DNA of 62,862 nt, counting the filler, from Choristocarpus tenellus KU-1152 (lineage: Eukaryota; Protista; Phaeophyceae): assembly GCA_964200185.2 (NCBI GenBank). It is 11 parts of 11 records of this genome, joined end to end, with 100 filler letters (N's around TTAATTAATTAA, not from the genome) between each part and the next. Parts side by side here need not be neighbours in the genome. Positions count along the whole stretch, not along the records: positions 3,390 to 13,940 come from CAXNAD020002862.1; positions 14,041 to 29,037 come from CAXNAD020001079.1; 9 more parts are not named here. One strand, written 5' to 3'. Position numbers and translations under genes: made by a program. Below the pieces are notes generated by a model. That model was not told the origin of the DNA. It ran no database searches and was given only the letters and a program-made list of their open reading frames with translations. Positions 11,401 through 23,864 of the stretch are shown piece by piece (the first letter of the stretch is position 1; the number at the start of each line of letters is the position of its first letter).

Positions 11401-13494
11401 GCCCCCAAAAAGCACCCAGCTCAACTCCGGGCACCAACCACAATGCTGAAAAATATTACGTGGTCGTGTTTTGCATTACAAAATTCTCTGAACCAATGAA
11501 TCATTGTATAAATATGAACTAGGTTCTCGTTCGCTCATGTTTCACACCCAAAGAACGCACAGAATAGTAGTCGCTGTATATTGTTGAACCATTGAACTTC
11601 TTCCAGGGAGACATAGGCTAGCATCATAACTGCAGTAGGCGCTATCCAGATACCGTACGTAGATCTCATAGGCGTGTCTGCATGGTAGGTTGACACGGAC
11701 TAGCATGAACAATATACACAGGAGGGAAGCAGCATCGGTCATGGGATGAGGGAGACATCGAGAAGATATTTGTTTTGTTTTGGGATCACCAGCACTTTGA
11801 CTCATAAGGAGACTCATCTGGGTGGTTTCATAAACATAGAGTTAGAACTCTACATCTGACTTAAATGTGCTATATACGTTACATGCGAACTTGGCTGAAA
11901 CAACCTCATCAGGTTTCCAATATCGAGAGGGTAGTAGATTTGCAAGGTGAACATGTCCCATTGTTCAATTGTCATATGAACTACTTCGAAGTACATGTGA
12001 ACATTGAATGTTAACTTTTTTTTATTAGGGTCCGAATATTTATGTTTCAACTTGTGTGGTCTACTTGTTCCACTACATCTCAAACTCGGCATGACTCCGC
12101 CCTTCAAGGCACTGCAACAATCGTTGACATTATCTTGAAGTAAGAGAAAATGCCTGTTTAGATAAAAGATCATACACGAAACCTTCATATGCAATATTAG
12201 AACAATTGGAGTACTATCACCACCTCGATGAACTTAAGTCCACAATATTCTCGATTGCTTATCAATAGCCGTGTTCTAATTGTTCCCAAGCGTGATGTTG
12301 GACTATATATGTGGGCAATACTGACTTCACTTCTGTGGAGTAGGGACACGCAAATTAGACGTTTACCAAAATAACTGAGGTTGAGATGCCATATTTTTTG
12401 TACCAGTGCTAAGTCAGAATCACAACTCTGTTGCTCCAACCAGGACCAGATACAGAAACCAAATCTAACGCACAGTCACCCTTCTGCTAGTCAAAGTTGG
12501 GTTTTCTTGATAACGTGTACTCAAGGGAGCTTTACCTTCAGAAATGTGGCTGGCCAAAGGGCGAGGTACATGATAGCCCCAACCGAGAGTACAAACCATC
12601 CCCACTCGTAGTAGTCCTCATCCACAGATCTCGCTACCATCGCGCCAATCATGTTCCCCACTGGCATCAACATCCATAACGGGTTCATGAGATCATCATG
12701 GTTGGGCAAGGCCACCCACCTGTAGCGGGTGGAACAGGACAGACAAGGGATAGCATAACATGGAGAACGAGTAGGTTGTGCTACAAAGCATTAATACTCA
12801 GTGTAATCACTCGATGTGTTCTAAGCAGGGGGGGGCAAACTCTCGAGTACTATACGCATCATATATTCCAAAAGAATCGCACCCTTCTGTGATTTTTAAT
12901 CTCACAAACCCATCTTATTCACAGCAGTAGTTCCTAGAATTACATATTCTATGCCCAATCAAAGCATATTAGGGCACCCCTCCATGAAGTTCACACACAC
13001 CCCAGACCTGAGAGGGTTAGCACTTCATGGTAAAAATGAGATTGCTACTATGCAAATTTCGGTATTGTTCCGCCATCGAAGCCCTCAAATCCTTTGTGGA
13101 TAACTTGTACTGAATACTAAACGCGAGGTACATGGAGTGCAGATCAAAGTCGACGTTGCGAAGACTCTAACCCTGACCAAATGATGGTGCTGTAATGCCC
13201 CTGAACAAAAGGGAATGCCAAGTACATCATAATTGGTAGTCCAAACTATAAACTCTAACTTAAATGTTAGATGGAGTGCCTAGCCTCCTTCCTATGGTCT
13301 GATCCTCACCTTGCCACCACGAGTATGCTAACGATAACAAGGGGAGCAGATCCTATCCAGTATAGGACCTTGGCCAGGTCAGAAGAGTGTGAATTACCGG
13401 CCCATTCCATACAGAGTCTGGACATTAGCATGAAGTTGATAAGGGGTAGGGCAAACTGGTTGCGGGAGTTGAAGTGCACCCATTCCTTCTTCAC
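5471..13494 (-). CDS. SLAC1/TehA (TDT) family anion channel with C-terminal hemerythrin-like (HHE) domain, 5'-partial, 9 exons, 500 aa
   Basis: Exons are 13310-13494, 12536-12719, 11561-11699, 10571-10737, 9923-10066, 8885-9070, 7807-8022, 6405-6524 and 5471-5632. All are GT-AG and phase-consistent, totalling 1503 nt with a TAG stop. Channel motifs: EWVHFNSRNQFALP, NPLWMLMPVGNMIGA, YGIWIAPTAV, KFNMNNWVFAFPL. The soluble tail reads PLSFMKISHEAIR ... KEKALFP ... KH ... TLKNEE...PIARK ... WSMPERGHQLG ... RYY*. Confidence 0.9.
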
Positions 13495-13699
13495 CTGGCA
13501 GGCCACGTAGTGGTTTACAGGGAAGATTATCATACATGATAAGATCAGGAAGTTGAAGATAGAAGAAGAAATATCACGTCATAGCAAAAATACATACTCA
13601 AGTGGTTTCCAAGAAAAGGGTATACAATCGCAAGAAGGCAAGAGGAAAAGGGACTGAACCGATCAACAATGGAGTTTCTGTGTAATTTACCTTGGCACA

Positions 13700-13940
13700 G
13701 GAAAGTCATTGGAGACCTGGTCCACTTGGAGACTGTCATTGATAAGCCACCCTGGTGGAAAGGGTTTTTACCAGATTACGACAAGGGACAACGAGATTGC
13801 TGAAACACCCAACACCATCTCGGGGGAGGTAGTGCCACCGGCACATGCCATGCATATCAAGAACAGCAAGGCGTTATAGCTCCTGATCATTCAAGCAACA
13901 AAGGGATTGGCATCGGCAATCGTTGCACGCTACGAAAACG
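13700..13940 (+). mobile_element. Decayed Ty1/Copia gag-like fragment in an intron of the SLAC1-like gene, truncated by contig end
   Basis: Colinear, high-similarity match to 62118-62357. Confidence 0.65.
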
Positions 13941-14212
13941 NNNNNNNNNNNNNNNNNNNNNNNNNNNNNNNNNNNNNNNNNNNNTTAATTAATTAANNNN
14001 NNNNNNNNNNNNNNNNNNNNNNNNNNNNNNNNNNNNNNNNCCCTCCTCCCGAAGTAACTAAAAATTGTGTACACACATGTTTATACCTCTGTTGTGTAAA
14101 ATGAATTTCTAATATTCTTTCCCCAAAGGTACAACTTCAAAATATGTGCTATTTGTATACCACTCCCCCCATCTCATCAAACCAAACCAATCCAAACCAA
14201 CTCTTGGTGCAG

Positions 14213-16748
14213 ATAATGGCAAAGCACAACACCACTTTTGTGTTCCTTGAGGGCAGGGCAAGGCATTCTCTTTTGGATCACTCCCTGGAGGGACCGACCT
14301 ATCAACATGCCCTACGCAGGGAAGCAGCAGGTAGGGATCAATTCCCAATAATTGTATTTCATCTTATTTTCTTGGTGAAGATGGCACAAAATATTCTTAA
14401 GAGACACAGTACAGAATGAACTGCTGGGTGATCTTCAATGGTGTACATGTTATAAGCATAAGATAGGGGTAAAGTCTAACACACCAAAAACAAAATATAT
14501 AAAACAAAACTACAGTACAGTGAAGTGTGCAGGGGTTGATGATTTATTTGCTCTTGTGTACAATAGTCCTGGACGAAATGCTAGATCATGTAAAACAGAT
14601 CAAAAGGGGTGGAAGCGGAGAGTCTGCTATGGAGGTCACGCAAAGTCATCAGGTACAGGAGGTGGAACAAGAGTTGGGGGAGGATATTGGAGGAAAGTTC
14701 TTGCGATGGTTGGCGGCAGAGGCTAAAAGTGTCATGAAAAGTATTTTGTTTCTAAGTGGTGCAATGCTCTACCGTTTCGGTTTTGCTTGCTGAGAGTGAA
14801 CACCCATTGCTTTCTATACATGGTAAAAGACGAGAAGAGGGGTGTTCTCTCATGTGACCAATGGGGATGGAGAGGTGGTTGCTACTAAAAGCAGTACTTC
14901 TTGACATGAGTTGTACCCATTTGTGCTATATATTTTTTGTTGGCTCACATATTTCTGTATTATTTGCCATACCTATTTGGCCCATTGAGAGGCACCACGA
15001 TGCCCCACTCTGAATCAGTTCAAGCCTCCCCTGCACCCCTGCCAACCTTAGGCACCAACTTCAGCCAGGGCATTGGCATCTCACACCCTCTAATCTGACT
15101 TTTCGCACCTCCCCTCCGACCCCTAGCTTTCCGTCGAAGACACTTTGGGCCAATGTCGCCGTTGGCTTGGGACTATGATTCTTCACTCCTTCGAATACTA
15201 CGAAAGAAAGCTGCTGAGCTCTCAGGAGTACATGACTTTTTCAATGGAAAGCTTCGCTTGAGGCAATTCAGAAAGAAAGCTGGGCGAATTACTGGTATAC
15301 GTGGATTCTTCAGTGGCAAGCAACCACTGCAGCTGGCATCATCTGACCTGGGACTGCAGTCCAGACTAGACATTCCCCCTGCTCAACTCAAAGCAGACCA
15401 GGTGACCCTTGGTGCTCCTGACCGGCTCTGGTGGCGGTTCATGTGGTCACGCAATACAAGTGAAGTTGTTAGTGGTGAGCATTCTAGGAGTGAAGGTGGT
15501 AGAATTGTTGGTGTTGGGGGGGATAGTACGACTGTTGTGGAGGGGCATGAGGGGGTACCACAGCTGCAGAGTGGGCTGCTGCAGAGGCTGGCCTCATACT
15601 GGTGTGGGTGGGGGGAATCAGAGGAGTCCGACCAAATCAAGGGAACTGAGGATGTTGAGCAGGATTCGTCAGAGGAGGAAGATTTGGAGGAAGGGTATGA
15701 TGTGGGGGTCGAGAATGTCGCTGGAGGTTTGGCAGGTGTGGGGGAAGAGCCCCAGGAGAGTCGGCAGTCAGTGCTCCAACGGATGTGGCCACTATCAAAC
15801 GGCATGGACAAGCCACCTGAGGTGGAGCCAGAGGCTGGGGCGTCAGGTGATAGACTCCAGAGAGGTCACCACCGTCAGAAGGCCTCACCAGCATCCATTC
15901 CTGATGTTCCTAATTCTGACAATCAAGGGGATGAAAACCATCTGAAGGAGGTATTGACAGAAGATGAGGAGGAAACAAAGACTCTATCAGTTGGGGAGAG
16001 GGACTCTGTGGGCACTACAGGTTCGAGTTTGGGGTGGTTCCAAGAAAAATTGCCATGGGCAAGAGCGTTACCCCTGACAGAACCTTGCGAGGATGAGAAA
16101 GATAAGGGTGATGATGGGGTGCCTGAAATAGACTCTGGCAATATAGAATCGGATCATAGTTCAACTGGAGGCGCGCATGGTATGCCATTGGCGCAAGTCC
16201 TGGAGGATGGATGTGTAGAGAATGAGAAGGTTGGGGTAGTGAGAGAGGACCTGGAGATGGTTGAGGATATGGGCAGTGTAGAAGCACAAGGCAGTGAAGA
16301 CTTACAATCAGAAAGGAAGGGTGTGTCAGTTCCAGAAAGAGCATCTGTGGGTGCAGCAGGGTCGAGTTTGGGATGGTTTCAAACTAAACTTTCATGGGCA
16401 AAAACTTCCCCTCCGGAAGTGCTCAGTGACGATGTGAGGAAAGGGGACGAAGATTATATGACTGAAAGAGATGCTGACAGTATACCAATGGAGGCTTCAT
16501 CGCTTGGGGGATTGCATGGTACACCATTGGCACAAGTGCAGAAATATGAACATATGGAGACTGAGGAAACAGTTCAGGTAGAGGCAGAGGAGTTTGAGAT
16601 GACAGCCGGCATGAAGATTGCTGAAAATGTCGAGGGGGATGGGGCATCAGTACAAAGCAACAAAGATCTTCCACGTAAAGAGCAGCATTGCACAGATGAT
16701 TCCAGTGGTTGTGCGTCAGGGGAGAGCAGGAATGAGAGCACAAGCTGA
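14213..16748 (+). CDS. Hypothetical protein (5'-partial) with long acidic low-complexity terminal exon
   Basis: Phase-consistent exons are 14213-14330, 14567-14740 (donor uncertain), 14830-14874 and 15127-16748. The last exon contains the 531-aa stop-free ORF with an internal 113-aa duplication. No family recognised. Confidence 0.7.
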
Positions 16749-17370
16749 ATACGCGAGCCTCTCTCAAATGTCCCAAGTATATGAACATGAATGAACCCAA
16801 CAGAGGCGATAGTTCCTTGATCTATGTAGAGCTTGACATCCTCTGATTCAAAACCGAAACACTAGTCTCTCAACTTCAACCCCTCCACCCTAATCTATTC
16901 AGTGGTTTTACGTTGGTGGCTGATTTTGTTATCCCTTTGGAGATGACATACCCAATTCCTTATGGAATATGGGATGACTAGTTTTGATCTAATTAGAGGG
17001 GATGCGTGCTATTGTGCTTGTCTTATCTAGGGTTGTGAAGGATGAGAACTCAACGGTTTGCTGCAGCACCATATTCTTTTTTTTCTACATTTTGGGGTTA
17101 TTTGCTTTGAAGAACTCCCACAAGGCAAGTTTGTGTATGAGATCGTGGTGTGTGCTCTCCTTGCCCACTACTTCATCAGTACACCTAACAGGATGGCTTC
17201 AACCTCTTGAGCCCTGCCCTCCTTTGGTATGCAACCACTAGGCTATACAGTCAATGCTAGTTTAGTCATGTGAGCAATGGCATGAAAAGTGAATGGTTAT
17301 GTGCATTTAAATGGGTCTATTTGCATCCGATAATCCCTTATTCTTTGCAGCCTGTATTCATAACTCCTAA

Positions 17371-17468
17371 TGTCAGGAACATGCTCTTCACATGGTAGTC
17401 TATAACAGGGTTGGAGGGAAAACTTTACTGTAGATACTTTCATTCATGTGAAGAGCATGTTCCTGGCA
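17371..17468. ncRNA. Pre-miRNA-like fold-back (candidate)
   Basis: 17371-17394 TGTCAGGAACATGCTCTTCACATG pairs with 17445-17468 CATGTGAAGAGCATGTTCCTGGCA (24 bp, one G:U). Imperfect pairing continues into the loop. Confidence 0.4.
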
Positions 17469-18931
17469 GGAACATAATTTTGCCTTGCAAGAAGTTGCAT
17501 ACATTCAAACCTCTGAGAGGTTTTGGAGACGAAGATCATGAAGGAGATGCTTTTGGTCGTCTTCAGGGCTTAGTGCCTTCAAATTTTCATAAACTTTTTT
17601 TTGTTTATCTGTACATACACTAATTTCTCAAATTGTGCTCACATAGAGGCCAGCTACTGCTGCTCACAAAAATGCACACTACAAATGAAATGGTTCACTG
17701 GTTTGTTAACAGTGAAAACCAAGGTGTTTCAAAGTTGTGGCAACTGCTATCTGCAATATATACACAGGTTGCACCTGCCATATATAACATCCACGCGTAC
17801 TTTTAAGTAATAGGTTAATAAACCAAAATAGTAAGGATAGTTCATGCCCTCAGTGCATCATGTTTGTCAAACGTAACAATCCACAAGAACAAACCAAAGT
17901 CAGTGTGGAGGAATTACCACGAATAATCCTGCGTGCATATTGCTCCAACATTGTTAAATACGGAGAACAGGTCGCATAGCTCATCTTGATTTCATATGCT
18001 GCGTAGAACTTGAAATGTACACCATCTCAGAGGGTTCTATGTAATGTAAATGGTAATTTAATGTAGGAGTACCTTCTGCCACCATGTTTTCCCATGCACA
18101 AGTTCAGGGAACGTAGTGGTTGTGAACATCCACCATGTAGAGGCTCAGAACACATCAACAAAAAACACACCGGAAATTGACACCTCACCTCATAAACAAT
18201 GTGACTGGGGAACACACAAAAAAATTGTCAAAGGAATCACAACTACTTTGAGTATAAACATAATCACAAACGGACACTGCTACTTTCAAAGTTCAAAATA
18301 AAAAGGCCAGGGAGGACAACAATATATGCTCCCACTCAGGGATTCGGGTTGTCACTATCAGCAGTAACCAAAGGTCAAAAGACGCACTTGGCTCCTCCCA
18401 AACAAAACTATAGTATAATGCATGTGCTCATCAAATCAACCAAGGGACAGTAGGGCTTCTCATGCTTCGAGTCCAGACTGTTGCCTGATGTATAATTTCA
18501 AATCTCCCAATGTGGATGGCGGTATTGGGGGGAGCGCAAACAAACTGAGCTCTCAGGCGATGGCCAACCTACCCAAACAAGCAAGAACAAGCTAAATATT
18601 TCTCTACTCTCTGATCAGCATGAGATCCTAAGAGATTTAGATGAGACCACCTTCCTGAACATCAAGAAGAGGGGACCCTGTAACCTGCACTTTGAAAAGA
18701 GCTGGATTATTTTTGCATTGCAGGTAAGGACTTGGGTCATACTAAGTTGATGCTTTCATTTCTACAAACTTCATTTCTTTATGAGATGACCCTGCCCCCC
18801 TGCCTGCAACAAATGTAGGCTGCAGAAACCACAACAATTACATCCCAAGCAGACTACCAAGGAGATCCCTCAATATATGGCTGAGTCTTGCTCACCTTGA
18901 CTCAAACCTAAAACACCACCACTTCAATCCC

Positions 18932-21900
18932 TTAGCCTCCTGCTGGTGAGCCTTGATCTCCCTCTACCCCCACCCCCCCCCCCACCTCTTCCTGTTCTTC
19001 TCCTTGTCCAGTTTGGAGTTGAGATTTCTGTGATGGCTTCGCAGAAGACCTGCAGCACCACACTGATTGTCTAATGACATACCCGATACAAGCAAAGAGT
19101 GTAAGGATTCCAAGCAACAGCAGCACAACTACCAGTGCAATGCCAGCTATCACCCACAGCTCTGGAGCTGGCATGTGACGATCCGTAGCTGACACATCAA
19201 ACTGAGACCTCAGGCTATCCCAAATGGTTTTAGCAGATAAAGTAACAGCCCGTTCCAGTCGCAATGGTTCAAACTTTACAGATGATCCAGGCTCTCCAGT
19301 TCCAACCGCCATCCCATCCTTGGACAAGAATTATCAGGGGTTGAAGGCATTGTTTGGATCAGGAAGACATTTACCATCCTTGCAGAATGAAAGCAGGTTA
19401 AATATAACCCCATCGGCAAGCTATCTCTGGAAACCTCTACCAAGAAGCAGTGGTATGATCTGAGGGACAAGACGTGTACTCCCAACACATAAGACCAGTA
19501 GCTCTTCATGTGGCAGGAAGCAGCACATAATGAACTGAACAAGTTGTACCCTTCTCACCATTTTTTGTTGCATGAAGTTTATAGTTGCCACTAGATCTGC
19601 AGCAGTTTCCTTGTGAGCCTGGTGTGGCAGGTGTGGTGTGTTGGAGGAAAAGAAATGTGAAAATAGAATATTACGATGTACTCAAGAGTAGCAAAGCAAT
19701 CAATACTAGCAGCTCAATACTTGAGAAAGGGACCAAGCTGTCTGCAATTGAATCAAGCCTCCAATTGCGCCCACCACCAGGACCTAAAAACATGTTATCT
19801 ACTGCATTCACCTTCATATTTCTTGTCATGTAAATATTGATGCAATCTTTCAATAAAATTGGTATTATGATACTGAAGAAAAAGAAAAGTCAAGTATGCT
19901 CCGACAAATACGTCCAGCGAGTTATTGCACATCACTCACTGGCTGCAACACATTAATGTATCACTCCATAGCCCCCAAAATCAGCCGTGATCAGTGTGCT
20001 ATACAACAATATTATTATGGATAGTGCACAAAAGGTAAGCATGTACTATGAATCATACAATAAATAAATAGAATTTTGTATGCTACATTATAGGCCGGTA
20101 AAGAAAAAGATCTACACATGTATGCTACTATAAATATTGTTGGGTATACATATTCCTCACGTATTATGCCATTGGTATGCACCACAGCTGACACGTACAA
20201 CAGACCAAGTAACATGCCCTGGGGCAGAATGAATTGCAAGGTATACACATTCCATGCTTCATACTATCATAATATAGCTCCAAGAGTACTGCTCCATATA
20301 TGCTGTAAAAAAAAATGCACCAATATCACAATCACCTATGGGGACTACTGTGCCTATCTGACCTCTGCCTCCCTTGTATGATTTACATACATCTCCCTCC
20401 TGCTGCTGTAGCAGGTCTCCAAGTGAAGAGTCACATTCTTCTCCTTCTCCTGCGGCAGATTTGATTGTGACTACTATTGTTATCCTTAGAGAGGAAACGT
20501 GTCAGAGTTGATAGCAATTAAGGTGACAGGTGATATTACTGTTTGCTGGAGGTGGGCAAAAACAACTCATACAGTAGTACACTTGGCAAGATACATGGCT
20601 GTACTTACAACGGGGGTTTATTGCCATGAAGTTTGGGGTCAGGAAAAGGTTCAACAGTAGGATGTTCCAGTAGCATTTGCCTACACTATACAAGCAAGTG
20701 CTATTCCTTGGCCAAGTATCCCATTCTCTGAGAGGGGTGTTTCAAAACATGTAGCTGCTCAACCCACTACCTCGTTCAATCCTACCTGGGATAGTTTGAT
20801 GGCACCGTTGGCAAGAGCAAGGGCTTCCCGGAAGTAGTCAAGGAGGTATTCATCCCTCTCATCTCGCACAACATAAGTCTGAGCACGGCAATTCGATAGG
20901 CCCATGGGGGATAGTTGAAATGATTCACCACTTGGTTGAATTCTTGTCTGTGCATAAGTTCATCTATGTGTGCATACATGTATACATGAGTGTGAGTGAG
21001 TGTGTGGGTGTGTGGCACGTGCGCATTTGTGTAAGTGAGATGGCATCTTACCTCATGCTTGAGAGCATTCATCACATCCACTGCATCTTGGGCCAAGCCA
21101 CGGCACACATCCTGTCCAGAACAATTGGGATCAATGTCATCTTGAGAAGTGAGCTCTGGTACAGAAAAAAAGTGGAGGCACAATCAGTCCCATCACCCTC
21201 CACGAAGATGGCACTGCCCTCTTTAAGGCAGCTGTACGATGACTATCAGAGGGTGTTGGAATGATAAAAGTTCAATTTTCGAGTGCTGTGATATGTTTTT
21301 TGTCCAACCAAGCATAGGTCAGTCTTCCCAACTTGAGACTTCCGCAGCGACATGGCCTTCATTATAGTAAGTCAAGGCAATGTTGGACATCACTCTGCTT
21401 GCTGAGGCATACCTCAGAATTGACCACAGTACTCCGCACTTCTTCCATGCCCTTGTCCAACTTATAAACTGCAGCTTTGTAGGCAGACTCAGTCTCCATA
21501 GCTCCCTTGAGCATTTCTACCTCTTCCTTGAGCGCTTGGGCCTGACACAATTGAACAGGCATAGCAACAAGGCGATCAAGTGCACCCTATAGCCAGCAAC
21601 CGTTTCATTACCCACACATGCAAAACCTAGCTAGCACACTTGTCATCATGATGTTAGTGAGGGAGGCGCATGATACATGAGAGAGCGAAAGAATTAAACC
21701 ACTGTAATGGTGTAGGAAAGAATTAATCAGACTTGGTATGCTTCCATACGATTCAATTTTATGCTATGAACACATAAAGGTGATGCAGCACTTGAGGCTG
21801 CAGAACCAAGGTCTACCTGAACCACCCTCTAGAACGGCAGCCACATATATCCATAAACAGTAAGCACGCCAATCCTGGGCAAAATATTTTTTACCAATTC

Positions 21901-23864
21901 CATACAGGACAATCCCCAGTCAAGGGTATAGATGCCTGTAAAATGCACAACTATACTTGGGAAGTATACTATACAAAATGGAAGAGAGCCTATATACATT
22001 GCAAAGTGCCACAATTATAACTTGTCTCAAGCAATTAGAGTATCCCTTCTTCGCCTTATTGCAGGGCAAGGAAACATTATGGGTAGTGGGAAACAATGTT
22101 CAAGTTGTTCAGGGGCTGTACACAGGAGCTGTAAGATACTGCAGATTGTGGACATCTCAGGTGAATTCTTGCTTCATGCGTTTTGCAGCAGTGAAGATGG
22201 AAATCTTCATGATCTACAAAGAGATAATTAGTAGCAGTGGACGTAATATTTGTTGAAAGTAGTCGATGCAAAATTGTACCCAATAAAAAAAAAAGGAGCA
22301 GTGGCAGCTGCCACAGATCAAGAAAGACTGCCGTTGCAATAATCAATATGTACATCTTCAAGCATTGCCCAGCTGTTGTGCAGTATGAATATTAAGTTTT
22401 TACCCTGTACCTCAGAATCAGTGAGCGTCTTGGTCAGCTTGTCCACCTGGTCAGACAGACTGGCACTAGAGCCATAGCTCCGATTGAGCTCGCCTGTCAA
22501 GTCATACACTTGCTGAGACAATCTAGCCTTCTCAAAAGAAAGGTTATTGATTTCTTTCAATGATGTCTCCTCAGCCCTTGCCAGCTCAACCTTGAGGGTA
22601 TCAAGCTGCAGAGAGGGCGAGGACAGAAATAATCGCAGTGAGGGCAGAGTTAGCGCAGAGTTTACGAATCAACTGGGAGAGGACAGCAGTCCTGGCGGGA
22701 TAGAGTTTATGTGACTAACAAAAATTGACACTTGGCTTAGAGTTCAACATCCATAAACCACAAAAACAATCCAAAGCAGTCCTGAACCTCGAATTTTGCA
22801 ACCTACCTGCTCCTCCCGTTGTACCAGCTCATTCTCCAACACCTTACGGGCCAAGTTGACCCAATCGAGGTGCTGGGTAGCCCGCTTTGCCTTTCGGCGC
22901 TCAGCTGCCACCTCTTTCTCGTGGGCTTTCCTCTTGGACCTCTTGGGTCACATGTGTTACAGATGGTATGGATAATTCGGGAAAGTTGGTCAATATCTGC
23001 ATCAAATATAGAGATGTTTAGAAATACTTGCGAGCGATATCAAAAATCGGTTTTCCCCTTCGTGTTCAAAGTCCTCGCTCTGTCCTCAATTCCACACTCC
23101 CTCTGAAGCATGGCACACTTCCTTTGCAGCATGTTCCAGTGGAGGATGACCGAGCGAGCACGAGGAGCGCAGAATATAAAACATCAAAATAGGAATAGAC
23201 CTGGAGACTCGAGATCCTCTTCTACTCTTGCATCCGAGAACAATATTGGGCAAGTGCGCTCTAAGTCGGAAGAAAGCGAGGTACGGATGGGTGTTGAGGG
23301 TGACACGCAATGGGAGGATTCGTGACTATCCCGTGTAGAATCCTAGGTACTGACCACTGAGAGTTGGGTAACGATAGATCATCTCCAGCCATCGCATCAA
23401 GCTTTGACGTAGTGCACACTTGTTTGCGAATGTTGTTTCTTCTGTACAAATCTTACCTCAGATAACTTTCCTGTCCATACGACAAGAGCTACTTCTTCAG
23501 GGCATGCCGAGCGAGCGCACAGCAGGAAACCAGAGCCGTCAATCTCCCCCACGTAACGCCTTGCCCATTCGCCGCCCTCGCACTCCTTAGGAAAGCAGAG
23601 GATGGATGTGGCGGCTTTACTGATGAAGCGCACAATTCCACCCTGTTAAGATGAGGTTGATAGCAAGAGCAGAGAGTTTTTCGCATACCGTTAAAATACC
23701 AAAGACTTGACCTTGGAGTTGAAATAGGACCTACAATCCACCCTACTATTCTCAGAGGCAGATGAACCCTACTCAATAGTCCATATTAACAAGTGCGCAG
23801 AGAATCGAGTGTTTACCTGCGCCACCATGAGAGCTTGGGATAAGATAATTAATTTAAGGGCCAT
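18932..23864 (-). CDS. Hypothetical coiled-coil single-pass membrane protein
   Basis: Exons 23817-23864, 23457-23585, 22807-22941, 22411-22605, 21413-21541, 21052-21111 and 20786-20878 are all phase 0 GT-AG, followed by about 20387-20449 (donor uncertain) and 18932-19318. The product has a hydrophobic N-terminus, a heptad-like E/K/L-rich middle, a TM segment LWVIAGIALVVVLLLLGILTLFACIGYVI and then WCCR. Confidence 0.75.

Noticed and set aside
15173-16800. Antisense and alternative-frame ORFs over the 531-aa ORF
   Set aside because: They are shadow ORFs of a GC-richer coding exon with no independent signals.
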